A DNA stretch of 63,516 nucleotides, the filler included, from Sphacelaria rigidula (Eukaryota), in assembly GCA_964200075.2 (NCBI GenBank). It is 10 parts of 10 records of this genome, joined end to end, with 100 filler letters (N's around TTAATTAATTAA, not from the genome) between each part and the next. Parts side by side here need not be neighbours in the genome. Positions count along the whole stretch, not along the records: positions 6,363 to 12,624 come from CAXNAA020021159.1; positions 12,725 to 18,986 come from CAXNAA020021160.1; positions 19,087 to 25,348 come from CAXNAA020021161.1; positions 25,449 to 31,710 come from CAXNAA020021162.1; 6 more parts are not named here. One strand, written 5' to 3'. Below the pieces are notes generated by a model. The model saw nothing but the letters and a program-made list of their open reading frames with translations. It did no database searches and was not told the DNA's origin. Made by a program: the position numbers and the translations under genes. Shown in pieces: positions 12,044-25,519 of this stretch; position 1 is the first letter of the stretch; each line of letters starts with the position of its first letter.

Positions 12044-12391
12044 GCGTCTACACACGCGGCCATTTGGCCACCTCCAAACTTCCTCCAGGTGGATAAACTG
12101 TTCGAGCCTCCAAAGGGATTAAACACCTCCGGAGGGGTGCGCGGCCCTCCAGAGGATATGTTTTGGTTTCCTCCAGAGAGATGAAATGCCTCCGGAGGCT
12201 TATTTTTGCCTCTGGAGGGCCGCGCATACCACCGAATTCCTCCGGAGGCGTGCGCGGCCCTCGGGGTCGGTAGAGTTTGGCTTTCCTCCAGAATGATTGA
12301 AGCCCTTCAGAGGCTTGTTTTCCCCCTGGAGAGCCGCGTATCCCTCCGGAGGCATTTTGGCGTGTAGCCAAACGGCCGCATGTGTACACGC
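12044..12391. mobile_element. PIF/Harbinger-like MITE with 3-bp TSD (TGA)
   Basis: TIRs GCGTCTACACACGCGGCCATTTGGC and GCCAAACGGCCGCATGTGTACACGC. TGA at 12041-12043 and 12392-12394. The interior is rich in CCTCCGGAGG-type motifs. Confidence 0.7.
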
Positions 12392-12529
12392 TGAACTCAT
12401 GATCGATGTTCTCGCCTCACCCCCGTCCCGGAGACGAAATCGTTTTATCACCTTCCCAAACACGTCACCATGAGCTACCTGCTGCCTTGATCCGATATAT
12501 GCGGATGGCGATCAAGTCATCCTACGATA

Positions 12530-12624
12530 GGGGGGTGAGGGGTCGGGGGGGTATACTCATTTGTTGCTTGCCTTGGTCGTGTGACCATTGACCACGCATC
12601 CTTTTCGAGACGGAGCATCATTCC
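12530..12624 (-). mobile_element. 3' tip of LINE family B with C-rich tail, cut by the contig end
   Basis: G-rich tract followed by gtatactcatttgttgcttgccttggtcgtgtgaccattgaccacgcatcc. Confidence 0.7.
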
Positions 12625-12724
12625 NNNNNNNNNNNNNNNNNNNNNNNNNNNNNNNNNNNNNNNNNNNNTTAATTAATTAANNNNNNNNNNNNNNNNNNNN
12701 NNNNNNNNNNNNNNNNNNNNNNNN
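12625..12724. other. Artificial contig spacer
   Basis: N44-TTAATTAATTAA-N44. Confidence 0.97.
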
Positions 12725-12807
12725 TTCAATGTTTGTCAAAAGGATTCGAATATCGCCGGATGCGCATTTTTTTGCATCCAACCGTCACCGTGATGAGTGG
12801 TGGCAAG

Positions 12808-12882
12808 CAAAACAAATTTGGAAAGTCTTGAAGAAACTAAGAAATTACGGATTCTGCATACTTCGGACGCTGACTACTGTAG
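12808..12882 (+). repeat. Interspersed repeat fragment, second copy at 25449-25521
   Basis: Both copies share caaaaca(a/g)atttgga...aagaaattacggattctgcatacttc(g/t)gacgctgactactgta. Confidence 0.7.
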
Positions 12883-15273
12883 ATCGCCCACTACTGTACC
12901 AACGAATGAGTACGCGCCCCCCCCGCCGTCTCCATTCCCCCCCAGATCTAGGAGGTGAACAGTCACCACAGACGGCGATTCAGGAAGGGGATGACATGTA
13001 AATTATTTCGTCTACTGTAGGGGAGAACGCAACTAGCGGGCACATGTAAGCTCTTCATTTTCATTGTGCCACCCGTCCGTTATTTTTCTTCGATATGTAG
13101 GCGATTTTTGGATAACTCAACCAATCGAAAACTATCCAAATGGTCACATTGCCCAACCTAAAATTTGCTGGAAATAGTCGATGTTGAGATGAAACCTGCA
13201 CCCCTACCCGCGATCAAAAACATGTAGAAACGAAGGGCCGTTAGCTACCGAAACTGTCGCGGAATCGGGGCCACTCAATATTACCCCCCCTCCCCCTCCC
13301 CCTGACCTCACACACGTCCTGACGACAATGCTAACAGAAGCGTCTTCGGTGGCCTCTACGGAGATGAGGTGGAGCCGCCTTCCAAGTCTGCCGAGGAGTG
13401 CGCTAACGTTTAATCCCCTACAATAAACACGAAAAAATGAGAAATACCACGGATTTGTTTTCCGGTCTCTTCGTTTCTCTTTTTTTTTAGCGGCCTTTTA
13501 CGACGTAGTACGGGGGCCTGGCTCGCGCCACATTTGCTTGTGGTCGTGGTGGCGGTTGCCCTGTCAGGGTTGTACTATAGTTGTAGGTTGGTCAGCCCGC
13601 GCCGGCAGTCGTTGCTCCACCTCTTCCGCTCGCAATGCGGCTGTTGCTACGTCACACTCCCGGATTGAGTTTGGGATGTTTCACGTGGTACATCCGGTCG
13701 GGTCAGTCGTGGCGGGAACTTGTGCGTCACTAGCCGGTTGATTTTTCTTTCTCATTTTTGGGTCTTGGAAAAAGCGGCGCGGATTCGGAGTAGAATCAAT
13801 CCAAGGGCGTGTCGGATAGGGTATGCCCGAAATTTTGGTATTTGGAAAGTCGCACACCACGTCCCTAGATAAGTAGCCACGACGGCTGCTTGTCGGAGCA
13901 TCACTCACCATTTCTGGTCCCCCATTTTCCACAGTGTACGCCAGGTCACAGGGACAATCGACCGTGACGGTTATTTTCCATTTTCGAGAACCGGCGTGTC
14001 GTTGGACACGCGTTGTTACTCTCAGTGCAGCTGGACTTATCCTGCTTGCTTTTCACCAGATGTTTTCGTCGTTATGTGGGTAGGTCGATGTGACCTTCTG
14101 TCTGTCTTCATGGTTGCTACGCTACGCAGCAGGTATTTGGTCCAATTCGGACGTTCAAGTCCCAAGCTTGAGAAGAGACGACTGCTCATTCTTATTGGGT
14201 ATAGCTCACAGCTATTAGTTTACGTGTCGTTTCGTGCCGTCGCGGCGGCGGCGGCGACGAACTTGTTCGCAAGAATTGGTCTGTTGCGGTTTATTTTCCT
14301 CCGAACTAGTCCATGTGGTGTGTTGGTGTTGTCCGTCAAGGAAAGGCTTAACGCGTAGTCGTTGTTGGTTTGGTGATATTTGTTTTTGCATACGCCGAAC
14401 GTTTCATCAGTTTCGACCGGTGACCGATATTCGAGTATAGCGTGTAGATAAGTATGTGTCCCGCCGACTCCAAGCTGGCTCGTAGGTGTTTTTTTCGTGT
14501 AATTTTGCTTGCCACCTAAACAGTTGCATCGTCGGGTCCTACAGCTAGTAGGGTGATTTAGAAGTGCCCCATCTGTGTCATATACGAAAAGGATCCAGCC
14601 TGGTTGCTTCGGTTGTCAACTTCGGTTATATGAAGATCTGTGTTGGATGTTCGGACTTATATATACATGGTTTCACCCACCCGTCATTGCAGTACTGAAA
14701 ACTGAAATCGTTCCTGCCCAGACCGTCATGCTCGGTCGTGGTGGAAAACTCACGTTTCGCCTCATCCTTTGTCGAAGATTATTTTCTTCAAGTTCTGCCA
14801 TGTGTCGTGTGAAGATGGATATTCTGTGCTTTGTTCGGTCTTATGGGTGGTACTGATGGCCATCTTGGTGGTACTTCACGAGTCATCGCTCTTCACCTAC
14901 GTCGGCTTATGCGGGTAGCGTTGCCTGGTTGTGTCTCGAGGCACGATGATCAGAGTTTATTTCATCCAAGCAGCAATCACGGCTGGAGTAGTGGTATATA
15001 CATCGTAGATATTGAACTACGAGGATTGAACCATGGTCTATTCGCAAAACTGTAAACTTCTCGTCATCACTGATTGACTTGCGTACATTTCGCGTGTCCG
15101 AGTCAAAGCCTCTTAGTGTGGTGCATCTCATGATGGCGGAGTCAAAGGCATGGCGATGGGTACTACCTTGACCGACGGCAAAACAATATTATGAAAAGTT
15201 GAAGATCATTTTTTCCTCAGTCGCACCCAGATGCGATATCTTCCCAAGCGTGCCCACAAGTTGAAAAATGACA

Positions 15274-15616
15274 TCGCTCCGGTGGCTGAATTGGTGGTAA
15301 CCTCGAAACCATGTAACGGTTGGGTCGTAGGTTCAATTCTCGAAGTAATCTGCGTTTTTTTCTCACACCATGCCCAACAGTGGAGAGCGACTGTGACGTG
15401 GGTACACAAAATTCGACTCCACGGTCGAAGAGGGAAAGGGACTGCTGAGCCCCTCTCGCGATGAAAAGTATAGGCGACCACCGCAACAGAAAGGTGGAAT
15501 ACCAAAGACAAATGAAGAAAAAAGCTCATCCGATATGACCCCGGCTGATGCGCCCACAACTACCGAAAGGTGTCGACCGGCGTTCACAATGGATGGGAGA
15601 ACACTCACACATACAC
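15274..15616 (+). mobile_element. tRNA-derived SINE (same family as 29728-30084)
   Basis: A-box-like TGGCTGAATTGG and B-box-like GGTTCAATTCT, a shared body (aacagtggagagcgact...gggtacacaaaattcgact...cccctctcgcgatgaaaa), and an (AC)-rich 3' end. Confidence 0.75.
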
Positions 15617-18049
15617 CGAGATCCATGAGATTGACATGTTTCGGAGGGGACGGTATCAACCATCGTGCCAACTTGATCACTTTCAAGTCAAGATGATGCT
15701 GATTCATGATGACCAACACATCAACGGGTTCCAAAACGGTTGCACAGTTCAACGAATGTTGTGCTCCTTCGAGTGCAATCCTCTGACTCATGTTCATCGC
15801 GGTCCGAGCGTCGCAGATTTTAATCCGGTTTCTCGTCCTCCATGAAAAGCTCCATCCTCCTCACTTCAGAAGATTGGCTGTTCGCTCGGCAAATGAGCTT
15901 ACACCCCGATTCAGCGAAGGTCTAGTCATTACTTCAGCCTGCAGCTTCGAAAGGAGCAACGTCCGACCCACACGCACACTTCGCCATGGATATCGTACTC
16001 CCGAGAAAAACAGTGCAGAGCGCGCCCGGCGGTAGTGAGGGCGATTGGGGAAGGCTGGTGCAGCCCACAATATATATCACTTGCTGCAACAGCTGTAGTG
16101 CGGTCAGACCCTATATATATATGATGTTCCCGATGGCACCAGAGTCAAGAAGAACGGCCACTGACGATGCACTCCCTGCTTCCACCCTTGCGCTGGCTAG
16201 GTTCATCCCGCAGACTGCGTTTCCCCTCGGACTCCGCAGTCACGTGTAGCTGTACCTGTGGCCACACCAGGTCCCAGTGTGCTGAACGCTGACATGCAGA
16301 AGGAAACCAGTCACCATGCTGCTGTTGACTCGTGTTGAGGAAGGCAATGAGCGCCGGGTCCGTATGTCACCTCGCTTCAAGCGTGAAATATTTCACTGTC
16401 ATAGCAGAATAGGGTATGTGGGTGACAAGGAGAATGATGAAGATTCGAGATGCTAAGAGGAAAGAAAGGCTAGCCGGTGTCGGTCGATCAGGGTCTGCCT
16501 GCTCGGAGGACTGTCGTAAATCACGCGGAGTGATGAATAATAGTATCTCCAGTATTGCCGCAGATCGGCCTGAACTCGTCGTCAGTAGAAATCGCGCGTG
16601 AAGGTCTGACCATCATCGCCAGAGACATCGGAGATCCTTCATTCGTTGATGTGGCATCCGGGGCTTCTCGAATCTCGGAGTAGATTCCATTCCACAAGAG
16701 AAGGCTGGATTCCGCCTATGAAGGTGCGTCACGCACGACGTTAGAGTGGTGAAGTATAGTTTGCCCCGGCCCGTGGCGTAGACCACGGAACAGCCTTCGC
16801 CGGTGCAAGACCGGCCTATCCGGCATTCCAATATTGCACAACCCGTGAAGAGAGTATACCCGGTAGGCGATGTACTTAGCGTAGCGTGAGAGCTACAGTA
16901 AATCGCATCTTGAACGAGCAACCGACGTATCCTCTCATGCTAGGGCGCGCACACGGCGTGCCGCCGTGTGGCCCACGAACTCGAGGAGAAGATACTGGAT
17001 AATGACTTATGTTATGTAATTATAGATAATGACAGATGTACCGTTTCAAGTGTTGTAAGTATGTTTGTCCATTTGGCTGTGTTGGCAGGTATTCAGGTAT
17101 TGCTATATTGGCTCGGGAAGAGAAGAGGAACACAGGCAGCTGGGCAGTGACACTAGATACACTGAGAGGTAGGTCGTTTTCATTGATTTTGTTTTGCGCG
17201 TTAAGAAGTTCACTTTGTGCGCCTTTTTCTTTGTTTGGCTCCCTTTCGCACACTCGCATCAACAACGGTCCAGGAGGCGCCACCGCCCTCAACCCAGTCA
17301 TGGCCGCCGTCAGTCAAGTGCAGATGCTCTGTGTTTCCTGCGGGAATACAAAGCCCTCATGCAGTATAGTTGCGCTGCGTGGTCCCGAGATCTGGCTCTC
17401 TATTGGGTAACAAGTGGATGCAAAAAATATGGGTGCTGTCATCTCATTCGGCGTTTTGGTCCCGTGTTTTGGAAGCGAGCGCCGAAAACGCCATTTCCGT
17501 AGAGGGCTAACCGCACATCCGATAGCACAGCTGGTAATTTACAGCCGGACAACTTGGAAGACACTGTTGCGAATAGTACAGTCCAGTCCATGCGGCAGTT
17601 ACCTTTGCCTGTGAGAAATGCAACAATATTAACCAGGCGTGCAGAATGTATTGCACGGTGCTGTTTATTCGAAGTGATCCCCTCTGAACGAAAGCCAGCC
17701 GTGCGGAAGGCTTCGTGAATAATCTCGTTTTCTTGTGCAGGCGGTTTTTGCTGTCGGAGAATGACCCTTCTCGGTATCGAGCGAAAGCTCATTCCTTATC
17801 CAGTGAAAAATACCCCATGTCCGATCTTGAACTGCTGACAAAAAACCTTCGATGGGACATCCTGCCGGAATCATGGGGAGATCTTTGGCATGCCGGCCTC
17901 GTCGATTTTTGATACCGGAAATGTGCTGGAGTATGACTCCAGCTCATTTCTCCCTGTCGCGTGCCCACACATACAGTAGTGGGCGGTCAAACTATGCAGG
18001 GGTGTTTTGGGATTCCTCTCGCGTACTACTCTTCGATAGAACTCGAAAG

Positions 18050-18195
18050 TGCTAGCATCGGTAAATTTTGGTACAGTAAACAGATCATCCTCAAAAAACA
18101 GTGCCCAAGTCAGTGTTGGTTGGTATTATCGGGCAATACGCGTAAATATCCCGTTTATCAGGAGGGTGTTATTGACAGTGAAATGCAGTTTTTCG
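18050..18195 (+). repeat. Interspersed repeat fragment related to 50560-50700
   Basis: Shared core cccgtttatcaggag(g/c)gtgttattgac with similar upstream sequence. Confidence 0.5.
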
Positions 18196-18986
18196 GCTCT
18201 GCTGCAATGATCTGGCAGAATTTCAAAAAAACAAAACTGTGCTAGTGTTGCGCCTAAAAAATAAAAACATTTTTCGGAACAGAATCTGACCACTTTTTCC
18301 TTCAATGCGCACTCCTGTAGTGCACAATACCAGATGTAGCGACGTGGAAATGTTGACTGTGGTTTGCACAACATAAGGGCAAAGTTTCAGCGCCTCGCAG
18401 CGGCTACAGCGCGCGTAGGGTCGTGCGTCATGAAGTGCGCAGCTCTACAGACTGTGTGCTGATCGGTACACTACATATGGTCATGATCCAGAGAGGGTTG
18501 TAGTTCAGACCGGTGTCAGTTTGTTACCACATCGGCCGCCAAGCCGCGCTAAATGTTCAAGTTTGTGCATCTGCGCGTGCACATATGCGTTCGCCTGTAG
18601 TACGCAAAGTCTGGGCAGCTGCACAGCCGATTTGAGAGCGCATGGACGGCATTCCCCACAACCGGTTGGGACCATTTTGTACGGTGTTCCCCGGCCCAAT
18701 TGTGCGAATGCTTTGGGCATATGCTGACTGTGTTATGCACACGTAGTGTGCAAAGTTTCATGATGGAACACGCGATCACAGGCAAGACATCCACAGCTCA
18801 AGTTGCACTGAAAAATGGTAGTTTACCGTAGGAAAGGACTCAAATAAACATGAGATGCGGTTACGCCCTGATTACGCTGCATATCATATGCGGTTTCGTA
18901 GTACTTCCTCTGGGGCGAGATATAAGCTCGTTTGGAAAAGCGCAAAATATAAGCTCGATTTACCAACAGGCGTTTAGAGGACCGCT

Positions 18987-19086
18987 NNNNNNNNNNNNNN
19001 NNNNNNNNNNNNNNNNNNNNNNNNNNNNNNTTAATTAATTAANNNNNNNNNNNNNNNNNNNNNNNNNNNNNNNNNNNNNNNNNNNN
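18987..19086. other. Artificial contig spacer
   Basis: N44-TTAATTAATTAA-N44. Confidence 0.97.
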
Positions 19087-22000
19087 TCGGTCCTCCTGGC
19101 CTGACGTCCAACATGGGATTCCCGACACGCCCGAGACCAGCAGTGCACCTTTCTGGCCGGATCAGGGAGCTGCACGTTGACCTGTGGCAAGTGATGACTA
19201 CAAGGTGTGCTTTCGATAGATAGCAAATCTACTGACCAGGGGTCAACTCTCGACCCTCGTGCCCTGACGTCCGAGACCTGATCTCCGACACGAATAACAT
19301 CCAGCAGTGCACCCTTCCGGTCGGGACAGGGGCCAGAATATTGACCCGTGGCCAGTTGTTCCTACCGGGTGTTTGTTAATCAGAAAGCGGAAGTACTTGC
19401 CAGGGCTCACCTTTCGGTCCTCCTGGCCTGACGTCCAACATGGGATTCCCGACACGCCCGAGACCAGCAGTGCACCTTTCTGGCCGGATCAGGGAGCTGC
19501 ACGTTGACCTGTGGCAAGTGATGACTACAAGGTGTGCTTTTGATAGACAGCAAATCTACTGACCAGGGGTCAACTCTCGACCCTCGTGCCCTGACGTCCG
19601 AGACCTGATCTCCGACACGAATGACATCCAGCAGTGCACCCCTTTGGCCGAGACAGCGATCCGAATAACGAGCTGTGGTCAGTTGTTCGTACCGCTTGTA
19701 CCTTGGATAGAGAGCGGAAGTACTTGCCAGGGCTCAACTTTCGGCCCTCGTGCCCTGACGTCCAACATCGGATCCCCGACACGACCGAGACCAGCAGTGC
19801 GCCTTCCTCGCCGAATCAGATAGACACACGTTGACCTGTGGCAAGTGATCACTACGGAGTGTGCTTTCGATACGGAGCAGATCTACCGGCCAGGGGTAAA
19901 CTCTCGACCCTCGTGACCTGACATTCGAGACCTGATCTCCGACACGAATGACATCCAGCAGTGCACCCCTCTGGTCGGGACAGGGGCCAGAATATTGACC
20001 CGTGGCCAGTTGTTCCTACCGCGTGTTCGTTAATCAGAGAGCGGAAGTACTTGCCAGGGCTCACCTTTCGGTCCTCCTGGCCTGACGTCCAACATCGGAT
20101 CCCCGACACGACCGAGACCAGCAGTGCACCTTTCTGGCCGGATCAGGGAGCCGCACGTCGACCTGTGGCAAGTGATGACTACAAAGTGTGCTTTCGATAG
20201 GAAGCAAATCTACTGGCCAGTGTTTACCTCTCGACCCTCGTGCCCTGACGTCCGAGACCTGATCTCCGACACGAATGACATCCAGCAGTGCACCCCTCTG
20301 GCTGAGACAGCGACCCAAAATTTGACCTGAAGCCAGTTGTTCGTACCGGGTGTACGTTGAATAGAGAGCGGCAGTACTCGCCAGGGCTCCCTTTCCGGCC
20401 CTCCTGGCCTGACGTCTCATATCGCTTCCCCGACACGACCAAGGCCAGCGGTGCACCTTTATAGGCGGATCAGGTAGCCGCACGTTGACCTGTGGCAAGT
20501 GTTGACTACATAGTGTGCTTTTGTTAGGAAGAAGATCTACTGGACAAGGGTCAACTCTCGGCCCTCGTCCCCTGACCTCCAAGACCCGATCCCCGACACG
20601 AACGATTCTTGCCTCCCATTCGGCGGGGGACAGACAGACGGTTGTTGACCTGTGGCAAGTGATCATTACCATGTGTACCATTGATAGAAAATACTACTTG
20701 CTACCGGTCAATTCCCGATCCCCGTGCCGTGACGTCCGAGACCTGATCTCCGATACGAATGACATCCAGCAGTGCACCCCTCTGGTCCGGACAGGGGTCC
20801 GAATATCGACCTGTGGGCAGTTGTTCCTACCGGGTGTACCGTGGATAGAGAGCGGAAGTACTTGCCAGGGCTCACTTTTTGGTCCTCCTGCCATGACGTC
20901 CAACATGGGATCCCCGACACGACCGAGACCAGCAGTGCGCCTTCCTCGCCGGATCAGATAGACGCACGTTGACCTGTGGCAAGTGATCACCATGAAGTGT
21001 GCTTCCGATAGGGAGCAGATCTACTGGCCAGGGGTTACCTCTCGACCCTCGTGCCCTGACGTCCGAGACCTGATCTCCGACACGGATGACATCCAGCAGT
21101 GCACCCCTCTGGCTGGGACAGCGACCCAAAAAGTGACCTGTGGTCAGTTATTCCTACCGGGTGTACGTTGAGTACAGAGCAGAAGTACTTGCCAGGGCTC
21201 ACCTTCCGGCCCTCCTGGCCTGACGTTCAACATCGGATCCCCGACACGACCGAGACCAGCAGTGCGCCGCTCTCGCCGGATCAGGAAGCCGCACGTGACC
21301 TGTGGCAAGTGTTGACTACAAAGTGTGCTTTCGATAGGGAGCAGATCTACTGGCCAGGGGTCAACTCTCGACCCTCGTGCCCTGACGTCTGAGACCTGAT
21401 CTCCGACACGGATGACATCTAGCAGTGCACCCTTCCGGTCGGGACAGCGACCCGAATATTGACCTGTGGCCAGTTGTTCCTATTGTGTGTATGGTAAACA
21501 GAGAGCGGAAAGTACTTGCCGGGGCTCACCTTCCGGCCCTTCGCCCTGACGTCCAACATCGAATCCCCGACACGACCGAGACCAGCAGTGCGCCTTCCTC
21601 GCGGAATCAGATAGACGCACGTCAACCTGTGACAAGTGATGACTACAAAGTGCGCTTTCGATGGGAAGCAAATCTACTGGCCAGGGGTTACCTCCCGACC
21701 CTCGTGCCCTGACGTCCGAGACCTGATGTCCGACACGAATGACATCCAGCAGTGCACCCCTCTGGCTGGGACAGCGACCCAAAAGTTGACCTGTGGCCAG
21801 TTGTTCGTACCGGGTGTACGTTGAATAGAGAGCGGAAGTACTTGGCAGGGCTCACCTTCCGGCCCTCCTGGCCTGACGTCCAACATCGGATCACCGACAC
21901 GACCGAGACCAGCAGTGCGCCTCTCTCGCCAGATCAGATAGCCTCACGTTGACCTGTGACCAGTGATGACAACAAAGTGTGCTTCCGATAAAAAGCAAGT

Positions 22001-25000
22001 CTACTGGCCAGGGTTTACCTCTCGACCCTCGTGCCCTGACGTCTGAGACATGATCTCCGACACGGATGACATCTAGCAGTGCACCCCTCTGGCCAGAACA
22101 GCGACCTGAATATTGACCTGTGGCCAGTTGTTCGTACCGGGTGTACGTTGGATAGAGAGCAGAAGTACTTGCCAGGTCTCACCTTCCGGTCCTTCTGCCC
22201 TGACGTCCAACATCGGATCCCCGACACGACCGAGACCAGCAGTGCGCCTTCCTCGCCGGATCAGGAAGCCGCACGTGACCTGTGGCAAGTGTTGACTACA
22301 AAGTGTGCTTTCGATAGGGAGCAGATCTACTGGCCAGGGGTCAACTCTCGACCCTCGTGCCCTGTCGTCTGACACCTGATCTCCGACACGAATGCCATTC
22401 AGCAGTGCCCCGATTTGGTCGGGTCATGGGCCCGAATATGGACGTGTGGTCAGTTGTTCTCACCGGGTGTACGTTGAATAGAGAGCGGAAGTACTTGTCA
22501 GGTCTCACCTTCCGGCCCTCCTGCCCTGACGTCCAACATCGGATCCCCGGCACGACCGTGACCAGCCGTGCGCCTTCCTCGCCGGATCAGATAGACACAC
22601 GTTGACCTGTGGCAAGTGATGACTACGAAGTGTGCTTTCGATAGGAAGTAAATCTACCGGCCAGGGGTTACCTCTCGACCCTCGTGCCCTGACGTCCGAG
22701 ACCTGATGTCCAACGCGAATGGCATCCAGCAGTGCACCCCTCTGGCTGGGACAGCGACCCGAATATTGACCTGTGGTCAGCTGATCCTACCGCGTGTATG
22801 TTAAACAGAGAGCGGCCGTACTCGCCAGGGCTCACCTTTTGGTCCTTCTGGCCTGACGTCCAACATCGGATCCCCGACACGACCGAGACCAGCAGTGCAC
22901 CTTTCTGGCCGGATCGGGAAATCGCACGTCGACCTGTGGCAAGTGATGACTACAAAGTGTGTTCCCGATAGGGAGCAGATGTACTACACAGGGGTCAACT
23001 CTCGGCCCTCGTCCCCTGACCTCCAAGACCCGATCCCCGACACGAACGATTCTTGCCTCCCCTTCGGCGGGGGACAGACAGACGGTTGTTCACCTGTGGC
23101 AAGTGATAACTACCACGTGTACCATTGATAGAAAATACTACTTGCTACCGGTCAATTCCCGATCGTCGTGCCCTGACGTCCGAGACCTGATCTCCGACAC
23201 AAATGACATCCAGCAGTGCACCCCTCTGGCTGGGACAGGGGCCCGAATATCGACCTGTGGTCAGTTGTTTTTACCGAGTGTACAGTGGATAGAGAGCGGA
23301 AGTACTTGCCAGGGCTCACCTTCCGGCCCTCCTGCCCTGACGTCCCATATCGGATCCCTGACACGACCAAGACCAGCAGTGCACCTTTCTGGCCGGATCA
23401 GATAGCCGCACGTTGACCTGTGGCCAGTTGTTTCTACCGCGTGTACGTTGGATAGAGAGCGGAAGTACTTGCCAGGGCGCACCTTTCGGTCCTCCTGCCC
23501 TAATGTCCAACATCGGATCCCCGACACGACCGAGACCAGCAGTGCACCCCTCTGGCCGGGTCAGGGAGCCGCACGTTGACATATGGCAAGTGATTACTAC
23601 CAAGCGTACTTCTGATAGGGAGCAGATCTACTGGCCAGGGGTCAACTCTCGACCCTCGGGCTCTAGCCTCTAAGACCCGATACCTGACAGGAATGAGTCT
23701 TGCCTCCCCTTCGGCGGGGGACAGAAAGACGGTTGTTCACCTGTGGCAAGTGATAACTACCACGTGTACCATTGATAGAAAATACTACTTGCTACCGGTC
23801 AATTCCCGATCCTCGTGCCCTGACGTCCGAGACCTGATCTCCGACACAAATGACATCCAGCAGTGCACCCCTCTGGTCGGGACAGGGGCCCGAATATCGA
23901 CCTGTGGGCAGTTGTTTCTACCGAGTGTACCGTGGATAGAGAGCGGAAGTACTTGCCAGAGCTCACCTTCCGGCCCTCCTGCCATGACGTCCAACATGGG
24001 ATCCCCGACACGACCGAGACCAGCAGTGCGCCTTTCTCGCCGAATCAGAAAGCCGCCCGTTGACCTGTGGCAAGTGATCACTACAAAGTGTGCTTTCGAT
24101 AGGAAGCAAATCTACTGGCCAGGGGTCGACTCTAGACCCTCGTGCCCTGACGTCCGAGACCTGATCTCCGACACGAATGACATCCAACAGTGCACCCCTC
24201 TGGCTGGGATTGCGACCCGAATATTGACCTGTGGCCAGTTGTTCCTACCGCGTGTATGTTAAACAGAAAGCGGAAGTACTTGCCAGGGCTCACCTTCCGG
24301 TCCTCCTGACCTGACGTCCAACATGGGATCCCCGACACGACCGAGACCAGCAGTGCGCCTTCCTCGCCGAATCAGAAAGCCGCACGTTGACCTGTGGCAA
24401 GTGATGACAACAAAGTGTGCTTTTGATAGGATGCAAATCTACTGGCCAGGGTTCACCTCTCGACCCTCGTGCCCTGACGTCCGAGACCTGATCTCTGACA
24501 CCAATGGCATCCAGCGGTGCACCCCCCTGGCCGGAAAAGCGACCCGAATATCGACCTGTGGCCAGTTGTTCCTACCGAGTGTACGTTGGATAGAGAGCGG
24601 AAGTACTTGCCAGAGCTCACCTTTCGGGCCTCCTGCCCTGTCGTCCAACATCGGATCCCCGACACGACCGAGACCAGCAGTGCGCCTTCCTCGCCGGATC
24701 AGATAGACGCACGTTGACCTGTGGCAAGTGATCACTACAAGGTGTGCTTTCGATAGGAAGCAAATCTACTGGCCAGGGGTCAACTCTCGACCCTCTGGCT
24801 CTGACCTCCAAGACCCGATACCTGACAGGAATGATTCTTGTCTCCCCTTCGGCGGGGAACAGAAAGACGGTTGTTCACCTGTGACGAGTGATCACCTTCA
24901 CGTGTACCATTGATAGAAAATACTACTTGCTACCGGTCAATTCCCGACCCACGTGCCCTGACGTCCGAGACCTGATCTTCGACCCGAATGACATCCAGCA

Positions 25001-25348
25001 GTGCACCCCTCTGGTCGGGACAGGGGCCCGAATATCGACCTGTGGGCAGTTGTTCCTGCCGGGTGTACGTTGAATAGAGAGCGGGAAGTACTTGCCAGGG
25101 CTCACCTTTCGGTCCTCCTGCTCGATGTCCAACATGGGATCCCCGACACGACCGAGACCAGCAGTGCGCCTTCCTCGCCGGATCAGATAGACACACGTTG
25201 ACCTGTGGCAAGTGATCACTACGGAGTGTGCTTTCGATAGGGAGCAGATCTACCGGCCAGGGGTCACCTCTGGACCCTCGTGCCCTGACGTCCGAGACCT
25301 GATCTCCGACACGAATGGCATTGAGCAGTGCACCCCTCTGGCTGGGAC
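19087..25348. repeat. Satellite array of 163/164-bp monomers forming 327-bp A-B dimers, with occasional C monomers; fills the whole contig
   Basis: The anchor CTGACGTCC recurs at 19264, 19428, 19591 and onward (164+163 bp). A type gtccgagacctgatctccgacacg, B type gtccaacatcggatccccgacacg, C type cctccaagacccgat at ~20572, 23017, 23663 and 24801. Confidence 0.95.
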
Positions 25349-25448
25349 NNNNNNNNNNNNNNNNNNNNNNNNNNNNNNNNNNNNNNNNNNNNTTAATTAA
25401 TTAANNNNNNNNNNNNNNNNNNNNNNNNNNNNNNNNNNNNNNNNNNNN
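25349..25448. other. Artificial contig spacer
   Basis: N44-TTAATTAATTAA-N44. Confidence 0.97.
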
Positions 25449-25519
25449 CAAAACAGATTTGGACAATCTTTGAGAAACCAAGAAATTACGGATTCTGCAT
25501 ACTTCTGACGCTGACTACT

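Noticed and set aside
14390..14425. CTGATGA on the minus strand as a hammerhead ribozyme core
   Set aside because: No stem II followed by GAAA and no flanking helices could be identified.
13300..17150. Scattered protein-like stretches in contig 3 (e.g. VEIAREGLTIIARDIGDPSF near 16585; AHELEEKILDNDL near 16970)
   Set aside because: They are interrupted by stops, and no consistent exon chain or recognisable domain could be built by eye. A TBLASTX search is needed.
19087..25348. Recurrent 60-200-aa ORFs (MSGIRCWTSG..., MHPSGRD...) as a repeat-protein gene, or the array as CRISPR
   Set aside because: Monomers of 163/164 bp are not multiples of three, stops and indels recur, and there are no unique spacers or cas genes. 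The ORFs are satellite by-products.
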